A stretch of 38,697 nucleotides of DNA, taken from positions 1 through 38,697 of IMG/VR virus record IMGVR_UViG_3300045988_121486; one strand, given 5' to 3'. The position numbers and the translations under genes are program-made. Under the pieces are notes generated by a model, which searched no databases, had not been told where the DNA came from, and worked only from the letters and a program-made list of their open reading frames with translations. Shown in pieces: positions 7,096 through 16,570 of this stretch (position 1 is the first letter of the stretch; each line of letters begins with the position of its first letter). This DNA comes from a virus.

Positions 7096-7620
7096 ATGGA
7101 GAAGAAATTTGGAATATTTAATACCGTAGAGGAGTTGAACAGGGCAGCAGCCGCCCAAAAGGCAGAGGGAGACCTGGAAGCGCTGATCGGACTGGCCACA
7201 GAGAACGGACTGGAGAAAGAGGATGCCGAGGACTACATGGACAGCGACGATGCAGAGGATACTCTGTGCAATGAGACAATGGCAGCAATCGGTAAGCTGA
7301 AACTGGAAGCAGAGGACCTGAAGCTGGAGAGCCAGATGAAGGACTGGAAAGATTTTGTGGTCCAGATGCTGATGGAATATCCGACACAGCACATGGAAGA
7401 GGACGGTGCAGCTTTGGCCAACGCCGTATTTAATCCGGATAAAAAACTTTTGAATGTGCTGGCAGCAGGACTGAAAATGGCATCAAAGAACCGGGTAACC
7501 ATAGATAGAAGGATCACAAAGGAAGCAGGATTGCCGGAGAGTGCTGGACAGATCGGAATGTGTGGCAGAGATGAACTGAAAAAGATCATCTTGGATTATT
7601 ACATGGGAGATAAAAAATGA
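7096..7620 (+). CDS. Acidic hypothetical protein
   Basis: Start at MEKKFGIF after GGAAAGGAG. Confidence 0.55.
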   Translation: MEKKFGIFNTVEELNRAAAAQKAEGDLEALIGLATENGLEKEDAEDYMDSDDAEDTLCNETMAAIGKLKLEAEDLKLESQMKDWKDFVVQMLMEYPTQHMEEDGAALANAVFNPDKKLLNVLAAGLKMASKNRVTIDRRITKEAGLPESAGQIGMCGRDELKKIILDYYMGDKK

Positions 7621-8207
7621 TCGTATACAAGGCAACAAACAATGACATGACCTGCACGATGGGACAGGGAACATTCCAGTATGAGTTGGGTGTACCGGCT
7701 ACGGCAGAAAAATCAAAGTGCGGCGATACCGGTCTCCATGCCTGCGAGTATGTACTTGACTGTACCGGCTACTACTCTCTGGGACGCGGAAGCAGGTTTT
7801 TCAAAGCAGCCGCAGTAGGAGATATTGCAGAGGACGGAACGAATACGCGTATCGCATGCACCAGACTGACACTGAAGAAAGAACTGGATAACCGCGACAT
7901 AGCCAGGGAAGCCATGCTGTACATGCTGCATCATCCACAGAGAAATGGGTGGCAGAAAAGCGGAAATATGCTGTGTGTCGCAGAACAGACAGCCGACATT
8001 AAAATACCGGATGGAATCGCAATAGCCAGAGGCAGTAGTCCAAGAGTAAGCGGATGCATCGGAGCCCACCTGGGACTGATCGCAGAACAGAACGGAAAGA
8101 TTGTCGCGGCAAAACTGTTTGATGTGGACGGAAAGAACATCCTGCCGGGCATCTGGTATACACTGGACACCCTGGCAGAAGCGGAGGAGAGGAGGCAGCA
8201 GGCATGA
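7617..8207 (+). CDS. Conserved phage/plasmid-type hypothetical protein
   Basis: 196 aa, translationally coupled (ATGA). The YKATNNDMTC...GLHACEY pattern recurs in mobile-element proteins of unknown function. Confidence 0.55.
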   Translation: MIVYKATNNDMTCTMGQGTFQYELGVPATAEKSKCGDTGLHACEYVLDCTGYYSLGRGSRFFKAAAVGDIAEDGTNTRIACTRLTLKKELDNRDIAREAMLYMLHHPQRNGWQKSGNMLCVAEQTADIKIPDGIAIARGSSPRVSGCIGAHLGLIAEQNGKIVAAKLFDVDGKNILPGIWYTLDTLAEAEERRQQA

Positions 8208-10324
8208 AGTGGAGAGAGATACTGAAAGCACCGTTGATACCACGGACAAAAAGAAGGAAGAAAGAAAACCAGATCACTTTTCAGGCGACGGACCAGTACC
8301 TGATCATGGACATCTGGAAAAATAAAGTAAATATCTGCCGGCACGCCGTAGACCGGAAAACATGGGAATACGGCACCTATTACGTCGGAACAGGCAAAAA
8401 AGAGCAGACCAATCTGACAAGTTGCACGGAAGGATTTGGAGGATGCTACTGGGGATCGGAACCGTGTGAGGGAGATTGGCTGGAAGAAAAACATGCAAAA
8501 GAACTGGAGAAGTTTGTCCCGATGCATGATTACAGTTGGATCAGCGATCCCTTGCGGAGGATATGTCGGATGGAAAAAGACTACAGTGCGGATAAGAGGG
8601 AACGTGCCAGAGACCGGAAAGAACAGAGAATCAGAGATCTCATGAATAAGTGTCCGAAGCCGGGACGCAGGGTATATGACTGGATCACTGAGAGACTGGT
8701 AGGAGATCTCCAGTATGCCTTTTATAACAAGCAGGACAAGACCTGCCATTGTACCGCATGCAACGGGGATTTTAAAGAAGAGGCAGCAGGCGCCCAGGTA
8801 AAACATCGTAAACAGATCAAATGTCCTCTCTGTGGCCATGACCTGACGGTGGAAAAAACAAGGGGAAGAATCCAAACAATCGGATGGCTGACGATGATCC
8901 ACGACGTGGACGAGAAGCAGGGAGTAGAGAGACATTTTAGGGTAACGGTGGACTGGCACAGAACAGGAAAGAGAGATACAGAGCTGGATGAACAGATCCG
9001 CCTGATGATGCTCCGCGGAGCAAAGGATTTTATGAAAATCTATTACTACTGTGATGTGTACTGGTGCGGATGGCACGACCACAATCCGCAAAACAGACGC
9101 TGGCATACATCCTACCTGTATCCAGATACGGAAGGAATCAAAGCCGGATTGAAGGATACTGCATACGAAGCCTGGTCAGATGTCATGCCGATGCTGGCAC
9201 AGATGGGGATTAAGGCATTTTATAACGGATTGCTGGTGGAAAGCAATGAACAATTTACCGGTATCGCGGAGTATATGGCAAAGGGACGCTTTTACCGTCT
9301 GCTGGATGAACTGTCACAGTGTATTACATACTGGAATGGGTATTCGGGGAGAACAATTGAAGTAAACGGTAAGTGCATGGAAGATATCTTACTGATAGAT
9401 GACAAGCAGCTGATCAACCGCCTGCGGCAGGAAAACGGCGGAATGCAGATGCTGCGTTGGATGCAGTGGTCAGAACTGGAAGAAAGAAAACTGTCGGCAG
9501 AATTTATCGCATGGACAGAAAAAAACAGAATTGATCCGGAGGACTATGATAAATCTATCGCCGGAGAATACATGTCACCGGAACAGCTGATGAATTACCT
9601 GAACCGGCAGAAGAAGGAATCGTATCCGGGAATGAAGATCAAGGATGTATGGAATCAGTACGAGGATTATCTGTCCATGTCACGAACGCTGGGAAAACAC
9701 ATGGATGATGCACTGGTACACCGCCCCAGGGAATTGAAGCGCCGGCACGATGAAGTGAATGCGGAAGTGGAACTGCACAGGGAAGAATTTGAAAGAAAAA
9801 GAAATGCGGAAATGGCAAGGAAGCAGGCGGAGGAGATGAGGAACAAGTATCCGGGATATGAGGATATCCTCTCCGAGATCAGCGAGAAGTTTGAGTATCA
9901 GAATGACACCTATTGTATTGTGGTTCCCAGGGACTTTATGGAGATTACGGCAGAGGGCATGGCACTGCATCACTGCGTCGGTAACACGGAGAGATATTTT
10001 GACCGGATTGTCAGCAGAGAGACCTATATCTGCTTCCTGCGGCAGCAGTCGTCCCCGGATAAGCCTTTTTACACGATAGAGGTGGAGCCGGGCGGTACCA
10101 TCCGCCAGCACCGGGGAGCCTACGACGAGGAGCCGGGCATAGAAGAGATCAAGCCGTTCCTGAGGGAGTGGCAGAAGGTGATCCGCAAGCGCATGAGCAG
10201 GCAGGATCATGAATATGCCGCACAGAGTGAGATCCTGCGGCAGAAGAACATAGAAGAACTGAAGGCAAAGAATAATACTGTGGTCCTGAAAGGACTGGCA
10301 GAAGATCTGATGGAGGTAATCTGA
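8204..10324 (+). CDS. PcfJ-like domain protein
   Basis: C-terminal AEGMALHHCVGNTERYFDRIVSRETYICFLR...FYTIEVEPGGTIRQHRG matches my recollection of the PcfJ-like signature. Confidence 0.65.
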   Translation: MKWREILKAPLIPRTKRRKKENQITFQATDQYLIMDIWKNKVNICRHAVDRKTWEYGTYYVGTGKKEQTNLTSCTEGFGGCYWGSEPCEGDWLEEKHAKELEKFVPMHDYSWISDPLRRICRMEKDYSADKRERARDRKEQRIRDLMNKCPKPGRRVYDWITERLVGDLQYAFYNKQDKTCHCTACNGDFKEEAAGAQVKHRKQIKCPLCGHDLTVEKTRGRIQTIGWLTMIHDVDEKQGVERHFRVTVDWHRTGKRDTELDEQIRLMMLRGAKDFMKIYYYCDVYWCGWHDHNPQNRRWHTSYLYPDTEGIKAGLKDTAYEAWSDVMPMLAQMGIKAFYNGLLVESNEQFTGIAEYMAKGRFYRLLDELSQCITYWNGYSGRTIEVNGKCMEDILLIDDKQLINRLRQENGGMQMLRWMQWSELEERKLSAEFIAWTEKNRIDPEDYDKSIAGEYMSPEQLMNYLNRQKKESYPGMKIKDVWNQYEDYLSMSRTLGKHMDDALVHRPRELKRRHDEVNAEVELHREEFERKRNAEMARKQAEEMRNKYPGYEDILSEISEKFEYQNDTYCIVVPRDFMEITAEGMALHHCVGNTERYFDRIVSRETYICFLRQQSSPDKPFYTIEVEPGGTIRQHRGAYDEEPGIEEIKPFLREWQKVIRKRMSRQDHEYAAQSEILRQKNIEELKAKNNTVVLKGLAEDLMEVI

Positions 10325-11658
10325 TGGAATTAATGGAATACACAAAAACTTATCAGGAATATAAACAGGAACTGGATGCAGTTCTCACCCGGACAGCAGA
10401 GGATTTTGTACAGATCGGCTATCTGCTCAAGGTAGCCAGAGACACAAATATATTGGCAGAGAGCGGATATGCAACCGTGACAGACTTTGCCAAGGCAGAA
10501 TATGGCATAGATAAGACACAGGTAAGCCGCTTTATCAGTATCAATGACAGATTTTCTGAGGATGGCTACTCTGATCATCTGCTCACGAGCTACAAGGGAT
10601 TTGGATACGCAAAACTTACCTTGATGTTGCAGATCCCCGACGAGATCAACGAGGTACTTCCGCCTACGTTGTCCAAGGCAGAGATTCAGGACATAAAGGA
10701 CGAGGTGGATGCTGAGAGCAAGGTCACGGATATTGAGGTGGAGATCGAGAAGGCAGAGGCAGCAGCCGTAACGGACTGGTCTATACTTCCGCCAGAGGGA
10801 TCGCCCCTAAAGAGGAACCTATGGCAGTTGGGGAAAGAACAGGAAAATCTCTTCCGGAAGTTGTGGGAAATATGCAATAAGGGTCAGTATCCGCGTAGCG
10901 CATCAATTATGGATGCACTGATACCGCAAGGGGATGCGGTGTACACCGTCCGGATCCCGGGAGAGCGCAGGACACAGATCATTATAAATTCTGACGGTGC
11001 CACGGTAATCAACCTGAAGACGCTGGAGCGGAGCAAGTACATACCACAGGATATCTGCTATGAAGTAGAAGAATTGCTTAATGGAGGCAGCAGTCCTGAG
11101 GAGCAGTACAAGATGCTATATTGCGAGAACATGACTCCGGAAGAACCGGAAGTTGCACCGGTGCAACCGGATGAGACTCCGAAAGAAAAGAAACCGGAAA
11201 AGCGTAAGGAATCCCGTGTGACCAAAGCAAACACCGAAAAGAAAAAGCCCAAGGAACCGGAAAAGAAGCCGGAGCAGATGACCATCCCGGGAGCCGCACC
11301 GGATCCGGCACCGGAAGAGCCGCAAACACAGGTAAATGACTCGTCTTCCGGGAAAGTTGACCAGGATAATCAGAATGCCGACACCATGGGATCGCAAGAA
11401 CAGGTACCTGGGCAGACCGATATCGAAAATGACTTTCCGCAATACTGCCCGGATACCGAGGATCAGCGGTCAGCTTATCTGCAGTCCTTACGTGGAGCTG
11501 TGGAGAATCTGGTACGATACGCAGAGATGGATCTGATCGCCGCCGCCAGACAGCAGTTGGCTGATATCTCCGGATACTTAGACCGGCTGGAAGAACTCAG
11601 CAAAGGAGGCGGACCGGATGGCGAAAATGTCGAAACAGGCGAGAGCGAGGGAGTTTAA
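10324..11658 (+). CDS. Hypothetical protein with a putative N-terminal DNA-binding region and a Pro/Glu/Lys-rich linker
   Basis: 444 aa with a TGATG stop-start overlap. Linker PEEPEVAPVQPDETPKEKKPEKRKE. Confidence 0.5.
   Translation: MELMEYTKTYQEYKQELDAVLTRTAEDFVQIGYLLKVARDTNILAESGYATVTDFAKAEYGIDKTQVSRFISINDRFSEDGYSDHLLTSYKGFGYAKLTLMLQIPDEINEVLPPTLSKAEIQDIKDEVDAESKVTDIEVEIEKAEAAAVTDWSILPPEGSPLKRNLWQLGKEQENLFRKLWEICNKGQYPRSASIMDALIPQGDAVYTVRIPGERRTQIIINSDGATVINLKTLERSKYIPQDICYEVEELLNGGSSPEEQYKMLYCENMTPEEPEVAPVQPDETPKEKKPEKRKESRVTKANTEKKKPKEPEKKPEQMTIPGAAPDPAPEEPQTQVNDSSSGKVDQDNQNADTMGSQEQVPGQTDIENDFPQYCPDTEDQRSAYLQSLRGAVENLVRYAEMDLIAAARQQLADISGYLDRLEELSKGGGPDGENVETGESEGV
11153..11166. repeat. 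Dispersed palindrome TTGCACCGGTGCAA, copy B (inside coding sequence, encodes VAPVQP)
   Basis: Exact 14-mer within the linker of the 10324..11658 protein. Confidence 0.9.
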
Positions 11659-11968
11659 TGCCGCCTCCCGGCAGATCATTAAGGAGCGGGATCTGTATCA
11701 GTGTATCTTTTGCCGCATGGGATATCACATGGAAGATGTCACCTGGTACGGACAGCAGCTGCAGAGCATCATGCACTACATCCCGAGATCACGCGGCGGA
11801 CTCGGGATCCCACAGAATGGTGCATTGGGCTGCCAGAGTCACCATGAGATGCTGGATAACGGAAACAAGGGCAGACGGGAGGAGATGCTGCAACTCTTCC
11901 GAGCGTATTTGCAGGACCATTATCCGGACTGGAGCGAGGATGCCCTGACCTATAACAAGTGGGGATGA
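11618..11968 (+). CDS. HNH-type endonuclease-like protein
   Basis: CIFC...HYIPRSRGG...N...CQSHH arrangement. Confidence 0.55.
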   Translation: MAKMSKQARAREFNAASRQIIKERDLYQCIFCRMGYHMEDVTWYGQQLQSIMHYIPRSRGGLGIPQNGALGCQSHHEMLDNGNKGRREEMLQLFRAYLQDHYPDWSEDALTYNKWG

Positions 11969-11992
11969 TGTATATACAAATTTGTATATACA
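11969..11992. promoter_or_regulatory. Perfect 24-bp AT-rich palindrome TGTATATACAAATTTGTATATACA
   Basis: Read directly from the sequence. Lies between the HNH stop and the RBS of the RHH gene. Confidence 0.6.
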
Positions 11993-12008
11993 CGAAAGGA
12001 GCGCAGAG

Positions 12009-12179
12009 ATGAAAAGCAGAACAATAAGCAAGATCATCCGGATGACGCCGGAGGAAAAGCGGCGACTGGAATACTGCGCCGAAAAAATGGCAAAGACCGA
12101 GACGGAGATCCTGATTGCAGGAGTGAATAATTACTATGCTGCCGTACAGAAAGCACTGGCAGCCCAGAAAAATCAATAA
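12009..12179 (+). CDS. Ribbon-helix-helix-like small DNA-binding protein
   Basis: Start MKSRTISKIIRMTPEEKRRLEYCAEK after AAAGGAG. This is an RHH/MobC-like N-terminal pattern. Confidence 0.5.
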   Translation: MKSRTISKIIRMTPEEKRRLEYCAEKMAKTETEILIAGVNNYYAAVQKALAAQKNQ

Positions 12180-12277
12180 GCCTTTTGGATAAAGTGAATC
12201 ACAATAGACACTGTAAACGAAGCCACGGGGCGGCCGCTGATACCAAGAGGCAGCAGCCGTCCAGGAAGGAGACAACA

Positions 12278-12751
12278 ATGCAGGAGTATAAGGACTGGGA
12301 CGGCAATCTTCTGCCGGATCCTGCGCCGCGAATCCATAATATACATATAGGCGACATAATTAAGACAAAGCACAAGTCCATCGAGGAGCCGCTGGAGACC
12401 CGCGGACGGGGACAACACCGATTTATCAGTGAGACCAGGGAATATGAGGTGATAGCGGTTTATCCGCGCACGATCAAGACACGAGACCGCAAGACTGGAT
12501 TTACAAGGTGCTTTTCTTACGGCGACTTATTAACAATGGGAATAGAGCATCAGGGAGCAGAAGTGGAAGACATGAGAGCTACATACGGACAGGACCAGAA
12601 GAGAGAAAATCTCACTAAAAAACTTAGCTTATTCAATCCAGATTACAACCCTGACAATTATAAGAAAGGCAAAAAGAAAAATGAAAACAATAGAAAAGAA
12701 AATCCTGCCACAGTACTTTCAGGCAGTCCGGGAGGAAAAGAAGAACTTTGA
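12278..12751 (+). CDS. Hypothetical protein
   Basis: Start MQEYKDWDG after GGAAGGAGA. Lys-rich C-terminus. Confidence 0.5.
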   Translation: MQEYKDWDGNLLPDPAPRIHNIHIGDIIKTKHKSIEEPLETRGRGQHRFISETREYEVIAVYPRTIKTRDRKTGFTRCFSYGDLLTMGIEHQGAEVEDMRATYGQDQKRENLTKKLSLFNPDYNPDNYKKGKKKNENNRKENPATVLSGSPGGKEEL

Positions 12752-12917
12752 GCTGCGAAAAGATGAAGATGATGTACAGCCGGGAGATGTCCTGATCTTA
12801 ATGGAGTGGGAAAACGGAGAATACACTGGCCGGACAGAAGTACGCAGGATCCGGTATGTGCTCCGGGATGTACCGGAATATGGACTGATGCAGGGTTACT
12901 GTATCATCGGATGGTAA
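12681..12917 (+). CDS. ASCH/DUF3850-like small protein
   Basis: KILPQYFQAVREEKKNFELRKDEDDVQPGDVLILMEW...YTGR pattern. Confidence 0.7.
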   Translation: MKTIEKKILPQYFQAVREEKKNFELRKDEDDVQPGDVLILMEWENGEYTGRTEVRRIRYVLRDVPEYGLMQGYCIIGW

Positions 12918-12931
12918 AGGAGGCAGCAGGG

Positions 12932-13435
12932 ATGGAATTACAGGAACTTACAAATAAAGTACTGAGATTATTTGATGCGAAGACAACCGAAGATCTGCCA
13001 GAGAAATTGCTGGCTGCAGTTCAAAATAATGATGAGACAGTGTATGAAAAATTTTGTGAGAATGTAAAAGATTTGAGCATCGACTGGTTACAAATGATTT
13101 TTCAGTATTACCATGCAGATAGAACGGAAAAAATGCAGGATTATACACCTAAGAGCTTAGCTGTGTTTATGGGAAAACTTGCAGGAAAATCAGATATAGT
13201 TACAGATATGTGCGCTGGATCAGGGGCATTGACAATTCAAAAATGGAATATGGACAAGAACCAAAAATTTGAATTATATGAATATGACAGCAAGGTAATG
13301 CCATTTCTACTGTTCAATATGGCAGTTAGAAATATTGAATGTAAAGTATATCATTCAGATGTATTGAAACAGGAAGTATTTCACACATACAAAATCGCAA
13401 GAGGAAAAAAATTCGGGAGATTTACGGAAATATGA
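12932..13435 (+). CDS. N6-adenine DNA methyltransferase, N-terminal part (AdoMet motif I only)
   Basis: DMCAGSGAL motif I and downstream YHSDVL, but no NPPY before the stop. Confidence 0.75.
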   Translation: MELQELTNKVLRLFDAKTTEDLPEKLLAAVQNNDETVYEKFCENVKDLSIDWLQMIFQYYHADRTEKMQDYTPKSLAVFMGKLAGKSDIVTDMCAGSGALTIQKWNMDKNQKFELYEYDSKVMPFLLFNMAVRNIECKVYHSDVLKQEVFHTYKIARGKKFGRFTEI

Positions 13436-14442
13436 AAATGAAGAAAACATTAATATCAAATCCACCGTATAACATGAAATGGGAAATACCGCCATTCGCA
13501 CAGATACAACCACGATTTTCTAAATGTTATGTAGTGCCACCTGCAAATAATGCGAATTATGCATTTGTACTAACAGGACTGGAAAAACATGACAGGTGTG
13601 TTTTCCTTCTGCCAGCCGCTATAATGAGCAGCAATCAAAAGGAGGAAAAGGCAATAAGAGAATGGTTAGTAGAGGAAAACCTGGTAGAAGCGGTGATTAT
13701 CTGCCCGGACAACATGTTTGAGTCCACTGGGGTGGGAACCTGTATTATTGTTTTGGACAAAAACAAAGAACATGTAACCACGGAAATGATAGACATTAGG
13801 AATAGATATGTAGAGGAAATCAGAGATCAAAAAGGGCAATATGGTGGAACCTCTCATACTAACAGAATCTATCAGAAAAAAATAAAGGTTATTCCGGAAA
13901 AAATAATGGAAGATGTGCTGGATGCAATCAGGGAAAGAAAAAGTATTCCTGATTTTTGCAAATCAGTAAGCATTGAAAAAATAAAAGAGGATAAATATTC
14001 TCTTTTGGCGAGTCACTATCTCGATATACAGGAAGAGGAAGTAAAGCATAGGAGCTATGAAGATATAGTAGAGGACCTAAACAGGGTGGTGAGAGAAAAA
14101 AACGCATGCAAGCTCACAATCAATGAAAGTCTGGCAAAAGGAATGGGATTCGATATCGAAATGTACAAAAATGATCAGCAAGATACAGGACTCAATGAAA
14201 TGCTTGTAAAATTGGGAGCACCACAGCTTGAAAAAGATAATTATTTTTCAACATCAAAGAATAAAAACGAAATCCGATTTGAGAACAACAGCAAAGATAT
14301 TCTGTCAAGCATCTTGGTGATGATTATGCAGACATGGAAACAGCACATATATTACCTGAATCAGCAAGAAAATAGATATTTGGCTGAATTGCGGGATGCA
14401 CTGATTCCGGATCTGATGAGTGGAAAAATTGATGTAACTTAG
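13432..14442 (+). CDS. N6-adenine DNA methyltransferase, C-terminal part (NPPY catalytic motif plus putative target-recognition region)
   Basis: Begins MKMKKTLISNPPYN. The frame is open from 13345 and is -1 relative to the upstream part. Confidence 0.75.
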   Translation: MKMKKTLISNPPYNMKWEIPPFAQIQPRFSKCYVVPPANNANYAFVLTGLEKHDRCVFLLPAAIMSSNQKEEKAIREWLVEENLVEAVIICPDNMFESTGVGTCIIVLDKNKEHVTTEMIDIRNRYVEEIRDQKGQYGGTSHTNRIYQKKIKVIPEKIMEDVLDAIRERKSIPDFCKSVSIEKIKEDKYSLLASHYLDIQEEEVKHRSYEDIVEDLNRVVREKNACKLTINESLAKGMGFDIEMYKNDQQDTGLNEMLVKLGAPQLEKDNYFSTSKNKNEIRFENNSKDILSSILVMIMQTWKQHIYYLNQQENRYLAELRDALIPDLMSGKIDVT

Positions 14443-14473
14443 GAGTTCCTTTGGGAGAATGGAGGCAGTGAAA

Positions 14474-14761
14474 ATGTCAGACATTACAGAAATTATCAAT
14501 ATTATAGAAAAATCATGGGGAGTGAATTCTATTGGTAGTCCTTTCGGTTCATGCACAGAAAAATTTGCGAATGAAAAGATGATAGAAATTGCCAATAAAA
14601 ATAATTTCCCTGATGATGTACTTAAATTGATTAAAGCTAATCCGATTAAGTTTCATAAATATCAGAAATTTGACAATGGGTGTGGCATAGGTAGATACTA
14701 TGCAAATTTGGTAAGACAAATAAAATTAAAGGTTTGCTTTTGCCGCTGTGAAAAGATTTGA
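14474..14761 (+). CDS. Hypothetical protein
   Basis: Second ATG chosen, 8 nt after GGAGG. Confidence 0.45.
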   Translation: MSDITEIINIIEKSWGVNSIGSPFGSCTEKFANEKMIEIANKNNFPDDVLKLIKANPIKFHKYQKFDNGCGIGRYYANLVRQIKLKVCFCRCEKI

Positions 14762-14789
14762 AGATTATAAATAAGAGAAAGGAGCCGTA

Positions 14790-15467
14790 ATGGATTTTGG
14801 ATATTACAACATGGATTGCATGGATGGGATGAAAGAGTTCCCGGATGGTTACTTTGACCTTGCGATTGTGGATCCACCGTATGGGATTGGAGAAAATGGG
14901 GATAAAAACCATACAAGAGGTAAACTGGCAAAAGCAAAGGATTACAAGAGTTTTAGCGGAATGGATATAAATCCACCAAACGAAAAATATTTCGATGAAC
15001 TGTTTAGAGTGTCAAAAAATCAGATTATTTTTGGGGCAAATCATTTTATAAGCAAAATGCCGTTTGATAGTAGTTGTTGGATTGTTTGGGATAAAGATAA
15101 TGGAAATACTGATTTTGCTGATTGTGAACTTGCATGGACTTCGTTCAGTACTGCAGTAAGGAGGATTAAATATAGGTGGAATGGAATGCTTCAGCAAAAT
15201 ATGAAACACAAAGAAAACCGTATTCATCCCACACAAAAACCTGTGGCACTATATGAATGGCTTCTGAACCGCTATGCAAAGCCCGGAGACATTATCCTAG
15301 ACACACATGTAGGCAGTGCCAGCAGCTTGATAGCCTGCTACAGAACCAACCATCCATATGTTGGCTTTGAACTGGACAAGCATTATTATGATTTGTCCAA
15401 AAAGAGATTAGATGCAGAAATGGCACAAATGCGATTATCTGATTTTATGCCGGGGGTGATGCCATGA
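14790..15467 (+). CDS. Beta-class DNA methyltransferase (N6-adenine/N4-cytosine family, DPPY)
   Basis: IVDPPYGIGE, then HPTQKP and LDTHVGSASS. This is the circularly permuted order typical of the N6_N4 methylase family. Confidence 0.88.
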   Translation: MDFGYYNMDCMDGMKEFPDGYFDLAIVDPPYGIGENGDKNHTRGKLAKAKDYKSFSGMDINPPNEKYFDELFRVSKNQIIFGANHFISKMPFDSSCWIVWDKDNGNTDFADCELAWTSFSTAVRRIKYRWNGMLQQNMKHKENRIHPTQKPVALYEWLLNRYAKPGDIILDTHVGSASSLIACYRTNHPYVGFELDKHYYDLSKKRLDAEMAQMRLSDFMPGVMP

Positions 15468-15538
15468 AAAATAACATTATCATTGACTGCTTTGCCGGTG
15501 GTGGCGGAGCAAGCGTAGGAAGTGAAATAGTAACTTAG
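15464..15538 (+). pseudogene. 24-codon stub of a C5-cytosine DNA methyltransferase (motif I only)
   Basis: MKNNIIIDCFAGGGGASVGSEIVT then stop. DxFAGxGG is Dcm-type motif I. ATGA-coupled to the preceding methylase. Confidence 0.6.
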
Positions 15539-15564
15539 TATTTAGCAAAGGAGTTAAGCGAGAA

Positions 15565-15744
15565 ATGTGGTCACACGATGAACAGAAAGAAATAAATGAC
15601 AGCTACGCTGTTATGGCAAGAATAACGTGTAAATATTGCGGAGCAGTAGTACACAAATATGTGGAAAGCCATTATACAGGCGGTTCCAAGTGTGTGATAT
15701 TGGCAAAGTACTGTAGATTTTGCGGTAATGCTCTTAGGATTTAG
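15565..15744 (+). CDS. 59-aa zinc-ribbon protein
   Basis: CKYCG...CRFCG with an AAAGGAG SD. Just under the ORF-track cutoff. Confidence 0.45.
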   Translation: MWSHDEQKEINDSYAVMARITCKYCGAVVHKYVESHYTGGSKCVILAKYCRFCGNALRI

Positions 15745-15756
15745 TGGAGGAATACT

Positions 15757-16143
15757 ATGGACAATGAGATTATTTCCTTCAATCTAGCAAGAATCGAGCG
15801 AGGAAGAGAAAAGCTGTGCAAATGCGATCCACCTCATTACGAGGTCGATACGGTAAACAGGATCGTAAGCTGTCAGGATTGCGGAGCTACGGTAGATGCT
15901 TTTGATGCTCTGCTTACATTGGCGAGGCGGTATGAGCTGCTGGAGGATGAACAGCGTAAAATGCTATCTAAAGCCAAAACATACAGTGAACTGGCAGATG
16001 CTGAATTCAAACGGATGCGAAAGAATAAAGTATTCCGAGAAATGGAGGAACATTACAGAAAAGGTTTATATCCTATATGCCCTAAATGCGCAGAACCCAT
16101 TGATCCGGTAGATATTTGGGAATGGACAGCGCATCTGGAGTAA
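15757..16143 (+). CDS. Zinc-finger hypothetical protein
   Basis: CKC...CQDCG...CPKC with a GGAGG SD. Confidence 0.55.
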   Translation: MDNEIISFNLARIERGREKLCKCDPPHYEVDTVNRIVSCQDCGATVDAFDALLTLARRYELLEDEQRKMLSKAKTYSELADAEFKRMRKNKVFREMEEHYRKGLYPICPKCAEPIDPVDIWEWTAHLE

Positions 16144-16183
16144 ACTGAAATTTAGTGGAGGTGGCAGAAATGGAAGGTGCGGA

Positions 16184-16570
16184 ATGAAGAAAGAAGAAGC
16201 TATTTATTGTTTAAAGGCTCAGAGTGAACGACACTCAGAGGTTTGCGAAGAATGTCCTATGTACGGAAAAACAGGTGTGGATCATTGCAGTGAGGATGTA
16301 TTTCAGATGGCAATTATCGCCTTACAAAATCAGCAGGTGTGGATCCCGGCAAGTGAGCGGTTGCCAGAAGAGGGCGAAGCTGTTCTCGTGTGGTATGAGT
16401 ATTTCAGATATGGTGACTACAATCGCATGTATCAGACCTATGGGATAGGGTATCAATACGAAGGACATTGGAGTGGAGATGTTTATGGGGTAAAGGCAAA
16501 ATGCATTGCCTGGATGCCCCTGCCGGAGCAGTACCGTGGGGAAAGCGAGGTAGAAGATGGAAAAGTGTAA
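16184..16570 (+). CDS. DUF551-like hypothetical protein
   Basis: WIPASERLPEEGEAVLVW pattern. Preceded by a 5-codon mini-ORF (16170-16187) that overlaps the start. Confidence 0.55.
   Translation: MKKEEAIYCLKAQSERHSEVCEECPMYGKTGVDHCSEDVFQMAIIALQNQQVWIPASERLPEEGEAVLVWYEYFRYGDYNRMYQTYGIGYQYEGHWSGDVYGVKAKCIAWMPLPEQYRGESEVEDGKV

Noticed and set aside
7931-9106. Long antisense ORFs (7931..9106, 5666..6334, 17117..17800, 18880..19623, 24711..25808, 28198..28803, 30148..30792, all minus strand)
   Set aside because: They are shadow frames opposite well-supported plus-strand genes. They lack SD sequences and recognisable motifs.
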